This document shows, in pieces, positions 9,712-19,754 of a stretch of 64,000 nucleotides of DNA. Numbering within the stretch: the stretch's first letter is position 1; each line of letters opens with the position of its first letter. The translations under genes and the position numbers were made by a program. Under the pieces are notes generated by a model. It made no database searches. It had not been told where the DNA came from and worked only from the letters and a program-made list of their open reading frames with translations. The DNA is from Gammaproteobacteria bacterium (GTDB taxonomy: Bacteria > Pseudomonadota > Gammaproteobacteria > HK1), in contig OZ241901.1 in NCBI GenBank assembly GCA_965202895.1, forward strand, positions 3,850,770 through 3,914,769, read 5' to 3'.

Positions 9712-12700
9712 ATGGCCATGCCGAAGCGTATCCCGACCCTCGCCGGCGTCCTCGCCACCGCCCTGTTTCTCGCACCGGGCGGCGTGTGGGCGCAGCCCAG
9801 GGGGCGCGTCATGAGCGTCCGGGCGCGGGCCGCCGCGCGGCGCTTCGCCTTGGCGACGCTCCTCGCGCTCCCCGGCGCGGGGGAGGCGCAGGCCGCGGCG
9901 GTGTGCAGCGATACCCCGGGGCCGAACGACAGGGTCTATTGCACGCGCGCCTTCGGTACCGACATCGACATCGACCTCGACCTCACGAACCGGGCCATCG
10001 CGACGTCGGGAGTCTACGAAAACGGCTTCTATGCCGTTCAACGAGGAAGCGGCGCGATATCCATCGGCACGACGGGCGGCTCCATCGTGACGACGGGCAC
10101 AAGAAACTCCAGCGGCATCGCCGCGTGGACCGCGAATGCCGCGAACGAGGCGGTGCTCGCTATCGGCATGACGCGGGGCTCCGTCAATACATCGGGCTCG
10201 AACAGCCACGGCATCGATGGCGTTCACACAGGCGCGGGCCGAATCGACATCGACATGACGAGAGCCTCCATCTCGACGGAGGGCTCGCGAGCCCACGGCA
10301 TCTTCGGCTATCACCGGGGCGCGGGCGGAGTCGACATCGACATGAGGGGCGGCTCCGTCATGGCGATCGGCGAAGGGGCCCACGGCGTTTACGGCCTTAA
10401 TTACTCCGGCACGGGCGGAATCGACATCGACGTGACGGGCGGCTCCATCGCGACGACGGGCGCAAGCTCCAGGGGTATCACCGCGTGGATCGCGAATGCC
10501 GCGAACGAGGCGGCGATCGCTATCGGCATGACGCGGGGCTCCGTCGATACATCGGGCTCGCGCGGCCACGGCATCTATGGCGTTCACGCAGGCGCGGGCA
10601 GAATCGCCATCGACATGACGAGCGGCTCGATCTCCACGACGGGTGGGCGCGCCTACGGCATCCACGGCTATCACTCGGGCGCGGGCGGAGTCGACATCGC
10701 CATGAGGGGCGGCTCCGTCATGACGACGGGCGAAAGGGCCCACGGCGTTTACGGCCTCAATTACTCCGGCGCGGCGGGCGGAATCGACATCGACGTGACG
10801 GGCGGCTCCGTCATGGCGACGGGCGAGAGGGCCCACGGCGTCTACGGCGTTCATGCGGGCGCGGGCGGAATCGACATCGACATGACGGGCGGAACCGTCA
10901 CGGCGGTGGGCCAAAGCGCCTACGGCATCCAGGGCTTTATCCACAATGCCGCGAACGAGGCGGCGATCGACATCGACGTGAAGGGCGGAACCGTCGTGGG
11001 GGAGGGTCTCTTCGGTTACGGCGCACACGGAGCTCACGACGGTCTCGGTTCCGCCTCGTTGACGACGGGCGCGGAGGCCAGGGTCAAGGCGCCTTTCTCC
11101 ATCGGCGTGGTCGGCCGGCTGGCGAACGCCGCGAACGCGGCGGGGCGGCTCGTCATCGCGCACGGGGGCGCGGTGGAGGCGCGGAACATCGGCCTTCAGG
11201 CGTGGGCCACCCGGTCGAGCGGCCACACATTCGGCGACGGCGCGCAGACGGCGGACGGCGCGGCCCGGACCGAACCGATGATCGCCGTCGCCTCGAGCGG
11301 AACGGTCACGGTCGGCGCCTCGGTGACGGACGCCTTCGTCAGGGACAGGATCGCGGGCGCCGACGAGACGTTGTCGGCCGCCGAGCGCGCGGTCCTCGAC
11401 GCCGTCGCGGCGAGGGATTCGGACGCGCTGGACACGGCGCTCGCGGCGCTTCCCGCCGCCTACGACGCCGCCTGGAAAGCGGAGGCGCGGAATCTTCTGG
11501 GGAAGCTCGCGGCCGAGCCGAGCGCCGCCGTCGCGGCATACCGGGCGGCCGACGAGATCCTGGGCCTTTCCCGCGCCGGCGTCCGCGCCGCGGCGTTGTC
11601 CCACCCCAGGATCGCCTCCTTCGTCCGTCAGGGCGACCGCGACCCGGCGATCCTGGCCACCGCGGCGGAGGATCGAACGCCGCAGCAGAGGGCGGCGCTG
11701 GCGGAGCAGGAGATGCTCTCGGCCGCCGAGCGGACGGTGCTGGAAGCCGTGCTGACGGGCGGCGATCCGACGGCGGCTCTGGCCGCCCTTCCCGCCGCCT
11801 ATACGGACGACTGGAAGGACGGGGTCCGGCAGCGCGCGGCGAGCTACAACGATGGCGGCATCCGGGTGGACGTGACGGGAGGCTCGATCGCCGCCGAAGG
11901 GAACGGCGTGGAGGCGTTCTACGCCGTTCCGCATGACCGCAACGGCGCCATCGCGGTCGCGGTGGCCGAGGGCGCGCGCGTCACGGGCAGCCGGAACGGT
12001 GTCCACGTCCGCGGCGCGGGCGCCGGAGAAGGGAGTTTCCGAGCCCAGAGCGTGACGGTGAACGGCGCGGTGACGGGCGGAACCGGCGCGGGCGTGCACA
12101 TGGCCGGCGGCGGGCGGCTCACCGTCGGCAAGACCGGGCGTGTCGGCGCGGCTTCGGGCGTGGGCGTCCTCGCCGACGGACCGGGCGACCTCCACGCCAC
12201 GGTGGCCGGGACGGTCGACGGCGACATCCGGAGCACGGGCGCGGGGACGCTGACGCTGGCGGTATCGGAAGGCGGCGTCGTCACGGGAACGGTGCACGAC
12301 CCGGTCGGCCCGCTGACGGTGGCCGGCAGTATCGGGCGGCTGCTCTACACCAACGGCGCCACGGTCACCGTGGCCGGCACCGGCAAGCTCACGGGCGTCG
12401 AGGTCGACGGCCGGACCGAGGCGCTACGCAGCGAGGCCGGCGACCTGAGCCTGACCGTGGCCGACATGGGCATGGTGACCGGCGACGTCCGGGCGCGCGG
12501 CGGCCGGCTCACCCTGGACTTGAAGGCAGGCGGGACGATCGCGGGCACGGTGCACGATCCGGCCGGCCCGCTGACGGTGGCGGGCAGTATCGGGCGGCTG
12601 CTCTACGCCAACGGCGCCACGGTGACGGTGGCCCGGACCGGCAGGCTCACCGGCGTCGAGGTCGAGGGCCGGAGAGAGGCGTTGCGCAGCGAGGCCGGCG

Positions 12701-14154
12701 ATCTGGACCTCACCGTGGCGGGCATGGTCACCGGGGACGTGTTCGGCCTGGGGGCGGGCGAGCACACGGTCACCGTCTCCAACGGCGGCACGGTGACGGG
12801 CACCGTGCGTCTGGCCGCGAGCACGGTAACGGTGCACGGCAGGGCCGGGCGGGTGCGCTTCGACGACGGCGGCACGGTGACGGTGGGCAGTACCGGCTGG
12901 ATCACGGGCATCGAGGACGACGGCCGGACCGAGGCCATCAAGAACGAGGCCGGGGACCTGGTGGTGAGCGTGGCCGGCAGGGTCGGAGGAGACATCGATG
13001 TAGCCGGTGCGGGCAGTGAGTTGCGGGTCGACGGCACGGTCGAGGGGCGCGTCCGGTTCCGTCAGGGCGGGATGGTGACGGTCGGAGAGAACGGCAAGAT
13101 TGAAGGAAGGGTATCGAGGGACGAGGGCGAGCTCGTGGCGGTGATCGAACGAAAGCCGGAGGAGACGACGAGGGCCGCGGCCGTGGGGCGGGCGTTCCCG
13201 GGCGGTATCGACCTGCCACACGATGAAATCCTGCTGAAGCCCGAGCTCGCGGACCATGAGCCGCGTATGCGGGTGTACGAGGCGTTGCCCTCGGTGCTGC
13301 TGGGGCTGAACCGCCTGCCGGAGTTCCGGGACCGGATGGCCGCGCCGCGGACGGCGAACGGAGCGGGCTGGGCTCGCGTGGAGGCGTTCCGCGGCAAGTG
13401 GAAGGCGGACGAGTCGACGACGGCGGGCTTGGAGTACGACCACCGCCGCCACGGCCTGAAGGCGGGGATGGACGCCGCGGTGGGCGAACGCGGCCTGCTC
13501 GGCGTCTCCTTCCATCACCGGCGGGGGACGGCGGAGGTGCCGAACGGGGGTGAGATCGATCTGTCCGGCAACGGCGTGGGGGTGTCCGGCGCCGCTTGGC
13601 TCGGGGACGACGTCTACGTGGACGTGCAGGCCGAGGCGACGTGGTACGAGGCCGACCTGAGCGCCGCGCGCCACGGGGTGCTGAAGACGGACGTGCCGGG
13701 CCGCGGCCATGCGTTGGGGGTGGAAGCGGGCCGGCGGGTCACCCTGGAGCGCCTGCCGGCGGGGATGGTGCTCACGCCGCGGGCCGGGCTGGTGCATTCG
13801 AAGGTGTCGGTGGGCGGTTTCACCGACGCGGTGGGCGCGCGCGTGTCGGTGGAGGACGGGCGCAGCCTGAAGGGCCGTGCGGGCGTGGCGGTGGAGATGG
13901 AGCCGGGCGGAGCTTCGCGGAGCCGGGTGTTCGGCTCGGTGGACGTGGAGCGCGAGTTCTCGCGGGATACGAAGGTGGTGGTGTCGGGGACGGAGTTGCG
14001 GTCGGAGGCCGAGGCGACGTGGCTGCGCCTGGGTCTGAACGGGGTCCATGCCTGGGACGACGGGCGGTACGCGGTGCAGGGCGGGATGAGCTACGCGACG
14101 AGCGGCGGCGGCCACGAGCTCGGCGGCGGATTGCACCTGACGGTGCGGTTCTGA
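9712..14154 (+). CDS. autotransporter outer-membrane protein with a repeat-rich passenger domain
   Basis: The N-terminus is signal-like (MAMPKRIPTLAGVLATALFLAPGGVWA). The passenger carries about 8 copies of the unit HGI.G.H.GAG.IDIDM..GS. The C-terminus is a beta-barrel translocator ending ...GGGLHLTVRF. Alternative starts are 9700, 9718 and 9814. Confidence 0.85.
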   Translation: MAMPKRIPTLAGVLATALFLAPGGVWAQPRGRVMSVRARAAARRFALATLLALPGAGEAQAAAVCSDTPGPNDRVYCTRAFGTDIDIDLDLTNRAIATSGVYENGFYAVQRGSGAISIGTTGGSIVTTGTRNSSGIAAWTANAANEAVLAIGMTRGSVNTSGSNSHGIDGVHTGAGRIDIDMTRASISTEGSRAHGIFGYHRGAGGVDIDMRGGSVMAIGEGAHGVYGLNYSGTGGIDIDVTGGSIATTGASSRGITAWIANAANEAAIAIGMTRGSVDTSGSRGHGIYGVHAGAGRIAIDMTSGSISTTGGRAYGIHGYHSGAGGVDIAMRGGSVMTTGERAHGVYGLNYSGAAGGIDIDVTGGSVMATGERAHGVYGVHAGAGGIDIDMTGGTVTAVGQSAYGIQGFIHNAANEAAIDIDVKGGTVVGEGLFGYGAHGAHDGLGSASLTTGAEARVKAPFSIGVVGRLANAANAAGRLVIAHGGAVEARNIGLQAWATRSSGHTFGDGAQTADGAARTEPMIAVASSGTVTVGASVTDAFVRDRIAGADETLSAAERAVLDAVAARDSDALDTALAALPAAYDAAWKAEARNLLGKLAAEPSAAVAAYRAADEILGLSRAGVRAAALSHPRIASFVRQGDRDPAILATAAEDRTPQQRAALAEQEMLSAAERTVLEAVLTGGDPTAALAALPAAYTDDWKDGVRQRAASYNDGGIRVDVTGGSIAAEGNGVEAFYAVPHDRNGAIAVAVAEGARVTGSRNGVHVRGAGAGEGSFRAQSVTVNGAVTGGTGAGVHMAGGGRLTVGKTGRVGAASGVGVLADGPGDLHATVAGTVDGDIRSTGAGTLTLAVSEGGVVTGTVHDPVGPLTVAGSIGRLLYTNGATVTVAGTGKLTGVEVDGRTEALRSEAGDLSLTVADMGMVTGDVRARGGRLTLDLKAGGTIAGTVHDPAGPLTVAGSIGRLLYANGATVTVARTGRLTGVEVEGRREALRSEAGDLDLTVAGMVTGDVFGLGAGEHTVTVSNGGTVTGTVRLAASTVTVHGRAGRVRFDDGGTVTVGSTGWITGIEDDGRTEAIKNEAGDLVVSVAGRVGGDIDVAGAGSELRVDGTVEGRVRFRQGGMVTVGENGKIEGRVSRDEGELVAVIERKPEETTRAAAVGRAFPGGIDLPHDEILLKPELADHEPRMRVYEALPSVLLGLNRLPEFRDRMAAPRTANGAGWARVEAFRGKWKADESTTAGLEYDHRRHGLKAGMDAAVGERGLLGVSFHHRRGTAEVPNGGEIDLSGNGVGVSGAAWLGDDVYVDVQAEATWYEADLSAARHGVLKTDVPGRGHALGVEAGRRVTLERLPAGMVLTPRAGLVHSKVSVGGFTDAVGARVSVEDGRSLKGRAGVAVEMEPGGASRSRVFGSVDVEREFSRDTKVVVSGTELRSEAEATWLRLGLNGVHAWDDGRYAVQGGMSYATSGGGHELGGGLHLTVRF

Positions 14155-14814
14155 GCGGGCATCCCCCCCAACCGCCGAGACCTCATCGACGTCCCGCACC
14201 CGGGACGGACGAGGACGTTCTCCGGGCGCCGCCGGTTCCCGGCGGCTCGGCGAGGCCGGGCAGCACCTCGTGATCGAGCCCGCGATGGAGGCTCTCGAAG
14301 GCGCCGCCGGCGTGCTCGCTACCCTCACCATCCTCGCCGGAGTGTTCCAGCTCGCCGGCCCATTCGTCCCGGAGGGGCCGTCATCGGCCGCTCGCCTCCT
14401 CCTTCGCCGGCAGGCCCCGGGCGCCCGGAACCGACGGGCGAGCCCGATCCACCAGCAGCGGCGCCGACCGCCGCCGGGGGGTGGGAGACGGACGTGGAAG
14501 CGTCCGCGCTTCTCCGGGCTCTCGAAGGCGAGGATGGCCTCCGGCATGTACCGCTCGGGCCGGTCCCATGCGCCCGCCAGGTCGCAGTCGAGGCGGGCGG
14601 GCGGCCGCCCGCGATGATGCTGCCGGGGAGCCGGTAGAGGATCCAGGCGCCGTCCTCGACGAAGAGCCGCAGGCCCTTCTCGAGGAATCCGCGCCGTTGG
14701 TGCTCGATCCACTTCCCTCGGGGGAACTTCTCCCCTTCGGGGAACTCGCCGGTGGTGCGGGGCCTCCTGGCCCATTGCCGGGCCGGCGGGAGGGGAGTAT
14801 CTTTGCGTCCCGGC

Positions 14815-14889
14815 AGGCGCGTAGCTCAGTGGTAGAGCACTACCTTGACATGGTAGGGGTCGCTGGTTCAATCCCAGCCGCGCCTACCA
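14815..14889 (+). tRNA. tRNA-Val (anticodon GAC)
   Basis: AGGCGCGTAGCTCAGTGGTAGAGCACTACCTTGACATGGTAGGGGTCGCTGGTTCAATCCCAGCCGCGCCTACCA. It folds as a cloverleaf with the anticodon loop ttGACat. Confidence 0.9.
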
Positions 14890-15131
14890 ACCTTGCGGCG
14901 GGCCTGATCGGCGGATCGAGTTCGCCGGGGACCGCGCCGATCGGTCCGGGTCGGCGGATGCGGGCCGGCATGGCCGCGCGCCGGTCCGGAATCCTGAGCG
15001 GGGCGCCGCTCCCGGAGCGGAGCGCCCGAGACCTTCGGTTCCGTTCATGGCTCGATGGTTCGAGGCGGCGCTTCGTTCGTGATGCCGGGCGGGTAACGGC
15101 CGGCGGGGCATGACCGAAGGCATCGCCGGTC

Positions 15132-16307
15132 GTGAGATCGCTCTGCCGCCACCCCGCCGGGCCGGCTCTCGGCGGCTTCCTGGCGCTTGCCGCCGCTCTC
15201 GGGGTCGGGCGCTTCGTCTATACGCCGATCCTGCCGTACATGGCAGCGGGCCTCGGGCTCAGCAAGTCCGAAGCCGGCCTCATCGCGTCGGCGAACTTCC
15301 TCGGCTACCTGCTCGGCGCGCTCGCCGCCGCCCGGGGGAGCGTACCCGGCGCCCGGCGTTCGTGGCTGCTCGGCGCCCTCGCGGTGAGCGCGCTCACCAC
15401 CGGAGCGATGGCCCTCCCTGCCTCGCTCGGCCCGTTTCTCGCTCTCCGCTTCGCGGGCGGGGCCGCGAGCGCGCTGGTGATGGTCTTCGCCTCGGCCCTC
15501 GTCCTCGACCGGCTGTCCGCGATGGGCCGCTCCGAATGGGCGGCGATGCTCCATGCCGGGGTCGACGGGGGGATCGCGATCTCGTCCCTGGCGGTCTCGG
15601 GTGTCGCCGCGGGCGACGACGACTGGCCGCGCCCGTGGATGGCGAGCGGGGCCATCGCGGCCGCGGCATTGCTGCCGTCATGGTGGCTGATTTCACGGGG
15701 AGAGAGGCACTCGCCGGTCGTGGCCGTGGCCGCCGACCGGCCCGGGGCCGTCGGGGACGGCGCCCGCTTTCCCCGGTTCCTCCTCGCCTACGGCCTGTTC
15801 GGCTTCGCCTGCGTGATCACCGCCACCTTCGTCTCCGACATGGTGCGCGCGGACCCCGTCCTGCGGCCGGCGGAGCATCCGGTGTGGCTCTGGGTCGGCC
15901 TGACCGCGGCGCCGTCGGTGCTGCTGTGGACCTGGGCCGGACGGCGCTGGGGAAACGAACGCGCCTTCGCCGCCGCCTGCCTGATCGAGTCGGCGGGGGT
16001 CGCCCTCGGCGTCCTCGCGGGCGACGTCCGGCTCCTGCTGCTGGCGACGGGCCTCTTCGGCGGGACGTTCATGGGCCTCACCGCCCTCGGCCTCATCACC
16101 GGCCGCCTGCTGTCCGCCGGGAACCCGCGCCGCGCCCTCGCCCTGATGACCGCGTCGTTCGGAGCGGGACAGACCATCGGCCCGCTCGTCGCGGGCCTGC
16201 TCTTCGACCTGTGGGGCAGCTACCTGCTTCCTTCCCTGCTGGCGGCGGCCGCTCTCGCCGCCGCGGCCGTCCTCGCCGTCCACCCGCCGCGCCCCCATGC
16301 GGCATGA
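15132..16307 (+). CDS. MFS transporter, YbfB/YjiJ-like
   Basis: 391 aa, strongly hydrophobic, with about 12 predicted TM segments. The N-terminus reads GVGRFVYTPILPYM...SANFLGYLLGA. Confidence 0.75.
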   Translation: MRSLCRHPAGPALGGFLALAAALGVGRFVYTPILPYMAAGLGLSKSEAGLIASANFLGYLLGALAAARGSVPGARRSWLLGALAVSALTTGAMALPASLGPFLALRFAGGAASALVMVFASALVLDRLSAMGRSEWAAMLHAGVDGGIAISSLAVSGVAAGDDDWPRPWMASGAIAAAALLPSWWLISRGERHSPVVAVAADRPGAVGDGARFPRFLLAYGLFGFACVITATFVSDMVRADPVLRPAEHPVWLWVGLTAAPSVLLWTWAGRRWGNERAFAAACLIESAGVALGVLAGDVRLLLLATGLFGGTFMGLTALGLITGRLLSAGNPRRALALMTASFGAGQTIGPLVAGLLFDLWGSYLLPSLLAAAALAAAAVLAVHPPRPHAA

Positions 16308-16337
16308 GCCGCCCGGCGTCCGGGCGGCGCGGGGGGA

Positions 16338-18287
16338 TCAGTCGGCGGCCTCCGGCCGGATCATCCCCGGCGGCGGCGCCTTCGCGGCCGCCTCGGCCGC
16401 GAGGGCCGCGACCGCCGCCTCCACCGGCGCCGTCTCCTGCCGCCGGACCCCGAGCCGGCGCACGGTCACCGTGCCGTCGTCCGCCTCCTTGCGTCCCGCG
16501 ACCAGGATCGCGGGCGCCTTCGCGAGGCTGTGCTGGCGCACCTTGTAGGAGATCGTCTCGTTGCGGAGGTCGGTCCGAGCGCGCAAGCCCGCCGCTTCCA
16601 GCCGGCGTGCGCACTCGCGGGCGTGGTCGTCGGCGTCGGAGACCACCGTGGCCACGACCGCCTGCACCGGCGCGAGCCACAGGGGGAGGCTCCCCGCATA
16701 GTGCTCGATGAGGATCCCGGCGAACCGCTCCAGCGAGCCGAACAGGGCCCGGTGGAGCATCACCGGGACGTGCTTGCGGCCGTCCTCGCCGACGTAGGCC
16801 GCCCCGAGGCGTTCCGGCAGGTTGAGGTCGACCTGGAGGGTGCCGCACTGCCAGTCGCGTCCGATCGCGTCGCGCAGCACGAACTCGAGCTTCGGGCCGT
16901 AGAAGGCGCCTTCGCCGGGGTTGACGGTGTAGTCGAGCCCGGTCGACTCGACCGCCGCCCGGAGCGCGGCTTCGGATCGGTCCCAGATCTCGTCCGAGCC
17001 GACCCGCCGCTCCGGCCGGTCGGCGAACTTGACGTGCACGTCCTCGAAGCCGAAGTCGCGGTAGATGCGGAGGATCAGCTCGCACACCCCGCGGCACTCG
17101 TCCGTGATCTGCTCCGGCGTGCAGTAGATGTGCGCGTCGTCCTGGGTGAACGCGCGCACCCGCAGCAGGCCGTGCAGGGCGCCGGAGGGCTCGTAGCGGT
17201 GGACCTTGCCGAACTCGCTCATGCGAAGGGGCAGGTCCTTGTAGCTCCTGAGCCCGTGGTTGAAGACCTGGAGGCTGCCGGGGCAATTCATCGGCTTGAG
17301 CGCGAACGTGCGTTCGTCCTCGGTCTCGGTGGTGTACATGTGTTCGGCGAACGTCTCCCAGTGGCCGGACGCCTCCCAGAGCGATCGAGCCATGACGTCG
17401 GGCGTGTTCACCTCCCGGTAGCCCGCCGCGTCCTGACGGGCGCGCATGTAGCCGATGAGGCCCTGGAACAGGGTCCAGCCGTCCGGGTGCCAGAACACCG
17501 CCCCCGGCGCCTCCTCCTGGAAGTGGAAGAGGTCCATCTGGCGTCCGAGCTTCCGGTGGTCGCGCCGCTCGGCCTCTTCGAGGCGCCGCAGGTGCGTGCG
17601 GAGGGCTTTCGCGTCCGCCCAGGCGGTGCCGTAGATCCGCTGGAGCATCGGGTTGCGCGGGTCCCCCCGCCAGTACGCCCCCGCGACCGAGGTGAGCTTG
17701 AACGCGGTTCCGAGCCGGCCGGTGGAGGGAAGGTGCGGCCCGCGGCAGAGATCGGTGAACGCTCCCTGGCGGTAGACGGTGATCGCTTCGCCGGACGGGA
17801 TGCCCTCGACGATCTCCGCCTTGTATCCCTCACCGATCCCGCGGAAGAACTCCACCGCATCGGCGCGGTCCCAGACCTCCCGCCGGACGGGCTCGTCCCG
17901 GGCCACGATCTCGCGCATCCGCTCCTCGATCCGCTCGAGGTCGTCGGGGGTGAACGGGTCGTCTCGCGCGAAGTCGTAGTAGAAGCCGTTCTCGATCGTG
18001 GGGCCGATGGTGACCTGGGTCTCGGGATGAAGCTCCTTGACGGCTTCGGCGAGGACGTGGGCCGCATCGTGGCGCAGGAGGTCGAGCCCCTCCGGCTCGG
18101 AGCGGGTGACGATGGCCGCGGCGGCGTCCGCCTCGATGACGGTCGCGAGGTCGCGAAGCTCGCCGTCGATCCGGATGGCGACCGCGTCGCGGGCCAGCCC
18201 CTTGCCGATGGACCCGGCGATCTCGATCCCGCTCACCGGGCGGTCGAACCCGCGGACGGACCCGTCGGGAAGGGTGACGTCAGGCAT
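16338..18287 (-). CDS. thrS: threonine--tRNA ligase
   Basis: 649 aa. The N-terminal TGS domain reads [14 protein letters not shown]. Class II motifs are present (FRGIGEGYK..., [11 protein letters not shown]), followed by the anticodon-binding C-terminus. Confidence 0.95.
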   Translation of the reverse strand: MPDVTLPDGSVRGFDRPVSGIEIAGSIGKGLARDAVAIRIDGELRDLATVIEADAAAAIVTRSEPEGLDLLRHDAAHVLAEAVKELHPETQVTIGPTIENGFYYDFARDDPFTPDDLERIEERMREIVARDEPVRREVWDRADAVEFFRGIGEGYKAEIVEGIPSGEAITVYRQGAFTDLCRGPHLPSTGRLGTAFKLTSVAGAYWRGDPRNPMLQRIYGTAWADAKALRTHLRRLEEAERRDHRKLGRQMDLFHFQEEAPGAVFWHPDGWTLFQGLIGYMRARQDAAGYREVNTPDVMARSLWEASGHWETFAEHMYTTETEDERTFALKPMNCPGSLQVFNHGLRSYKDLPLRMSEFGKVHRYEPSGALHGLLRVRAFTQDDAHIYCTPEQITDECRGVCELILRIYRDFGFEDVHVKFADRPERRVGSDEIWDRSEAALRAAVESTGLDYTVNPGEGAFYGPKLEFVLRDAIGRDWQCGTLQVDLNLPERLGAAYVGEDGRKHVPVMLHRALFGSLERFAGILIEHYAGSLPLWLAPVQAVVATVVSDADDHARECARRLEAAGLRARTDLRNETISYKVRQHSLAKAPAILVAGRKEADDGTVTVRRLGVRRQETAPVEAAVAALAAEAAAKAPPPGMIRPEAAD

Positions 18288-18431
18288 GAGTCGGTCCTCG
18301 TTACCCGGAGGCGCACGTTCGACAGGGAGGCCGGCGGCGGGCCGCCCGACCGGTGCACAGCCTACCGAAGCGCGGGCGGGATCGCAACGCGCCGGCTCAC
18401 GCTCGCAGGCTCACGTCTCGTTGGACGGAGG

Positions 18432-18736
18432 CCCGGGCGCTGTTCGTAACCTCTTGATATAGCGGGTGGAGATCGGGGTTCGAGATATCTTTTACCCCCA
18501 CGGAGACGGCGTTCTTCCGTGGTTTGGGTTCGGTTCGAGGGGGTTGCTGGCGGATTTCACCCACGGAGCCACTTGCGCGGGCACGGCGTCCTGGGAACGC
18601 TTGTGTCCCGCCCGCAAATGGGACGGCGAGGCCGCCGCCGATCAATGCGGGCGGGACGCCCGCGTTCCCAGGACGCCATGCCCAAGAGCGTTCGCGAGAG
18701 GCATGCCCGACGAAAACCCCACAGCGCACATGCCTC
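18432..18736 (+). repeat. type-1 MITE-like repeat, copy A
   Basis: cccgggcgctgttcgtaacctcttgatatagcggg...long hairpin ggcgtcctgggaacgc...gcgttcccaggacgcc...cacagcgcacatgcctc. It has an imperfect terminal inverted repeat (G-GCGCTGT) and is about 80-90% similar by eye to copies B-F. Confidence 0.75.
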
Positions 18737-18849
18737 GACGAGGCTCGGGGTTGAGTATCCCGGATCGCGTGAGTATGATTCGCCGCCAAGCGGCGCGGAG
18801 CACCGTGCGGGGCACGGTCGGCACGAATCGCGGCAGTGGAGGAGCGGGC

Positions 18850-19485
18850 ATCGCAGCGGAAAAGCGTAATCGCGTAAATGGCGAGATCCGGGCCGAAAAG
18901 CTTCGGCTGATCGGCGAGGACGGCGCCCAGCTCGGGATCGTCTCCGTGGACGAGGCGCTGGCGGAAGCCGAGCAGCGGGGCTTCGACGTGGTCGAGATGT
19001 CCCCCAACGCCGATCCACCCGTCTGCCGGTTGATGGACTATGGAAAGTTCCAGTTCCAGCAGAGCAAGAAGAGACAGGCGGCCCGGCGCAAGCAGCAGCA
19101 GACCCAGATCAAGGAGGTCAAGTTCCGGCCGGGAACCGATGACGGAGACTACCAGGTCAAGCTGCGGAACCTGAGGCGTTTCCTCGACCACGGACACAAG
19201 ATCAAGGTCACGTTGTGGTTCCGGGGCCGGGAGATGGCTCACCAGGACCTCGGCCTCAAGCTTCTCCAGCGCATCGAGGGCGACCTGGAGGAAGAGGCCA
19301 AGGTCGAGCAGTTTCCGAAGCTGGAAGGCCGCCGGCTCGCTATGGTGATGACCCCGCGAAAGCCCGCGGCCGCCCGCCAGGGCCGCCGGCACGCTTCGGC
19401 GGCGGAGAAGGCGGATCCGGTGGACCCGGCCGCCTCGGTTCGCTCTTCGGGCGAAGGGGTTCGTGACGAGGCCGCCGCCGGCTGA
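18850..19485 (+). CDS. infC: translation initiation factor IF-3 (probable non-AUG start)
   Basis: ...[28 protein letters not shown]...[12 protein letters not shown]...[23 protein letters not shown] (18838-18842) lies 7 nt before an in-frame ATC at 18850. An alternative GTG is at 18805. infC in E. coli uses AUU. Confidence 0.85.
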   Translation: MAAEKRNRVNGEIRAEKLRLIGEDGAQLGIVSVDEALAEAEQRGFDVVEMSPNADPPVCRLMDYGKFQFQQSKKRQAARRKQQQTQIKEVKFRPGTDDGDYQVKLRNLRRFLDHGHKIKVTLWFRGREMAHQDLGLKLLQRIEGDLEEEAKVEQFPKLEGRRLAMVMTPRKPAAARQGRRHASAAEKADPVDPAASVRSSGEGVRDEAAAG

Positions 19486-19542
19486 CCCCGCCCGGACCGA
19501 GCCCTTCCATTCCGAGCCGCCAGGACGAAATACGAGAATCAG

Positions 19543-19740
19543 ATGCCCAAGATGAAGACCAACCGCGGAGCGGCGAAGCGTTTCAAGCGCGCCGCCAACG
19601 GCAGCCTGCGGCGCCGGCAGTCGTATCGGAACCACATCCTGACCAAGAAGGCCCCGAAGCGCAAGCGCCAGCTCCGTTCGCCGGCCGTCATCGCTCCGGC
19701 CGACGCCCCGGGTGTCGGCCGTCTTCTGCCCTACGCCTGA
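19543..19740 (+). CDS. rpmI: 50S ribosomal protein L35
   Basis: [36 protein letters not shown]. Confidence 0.95.
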   Translation: MPKMKTNRGAAKRFKRAANGSLRRRQSYRNHILTKKAPKRKRQLRSPAVIAPADAPGVGRLLPYA

Positions 19741-19754
19741 CCGGAGACCCGGCG

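Noticed and set aside
14190-14207. Hairpin cgtcccg-cacc-cgggacg after the autotransporter (also cccgcc-gccg-ggcggg after rplT at ~20113-20128) as intrinsic terminators.
   Set aside because: The stems are short (6-7 bp) with no following T-tract. Such hairpins arise by chance in ~68% GC DNA.
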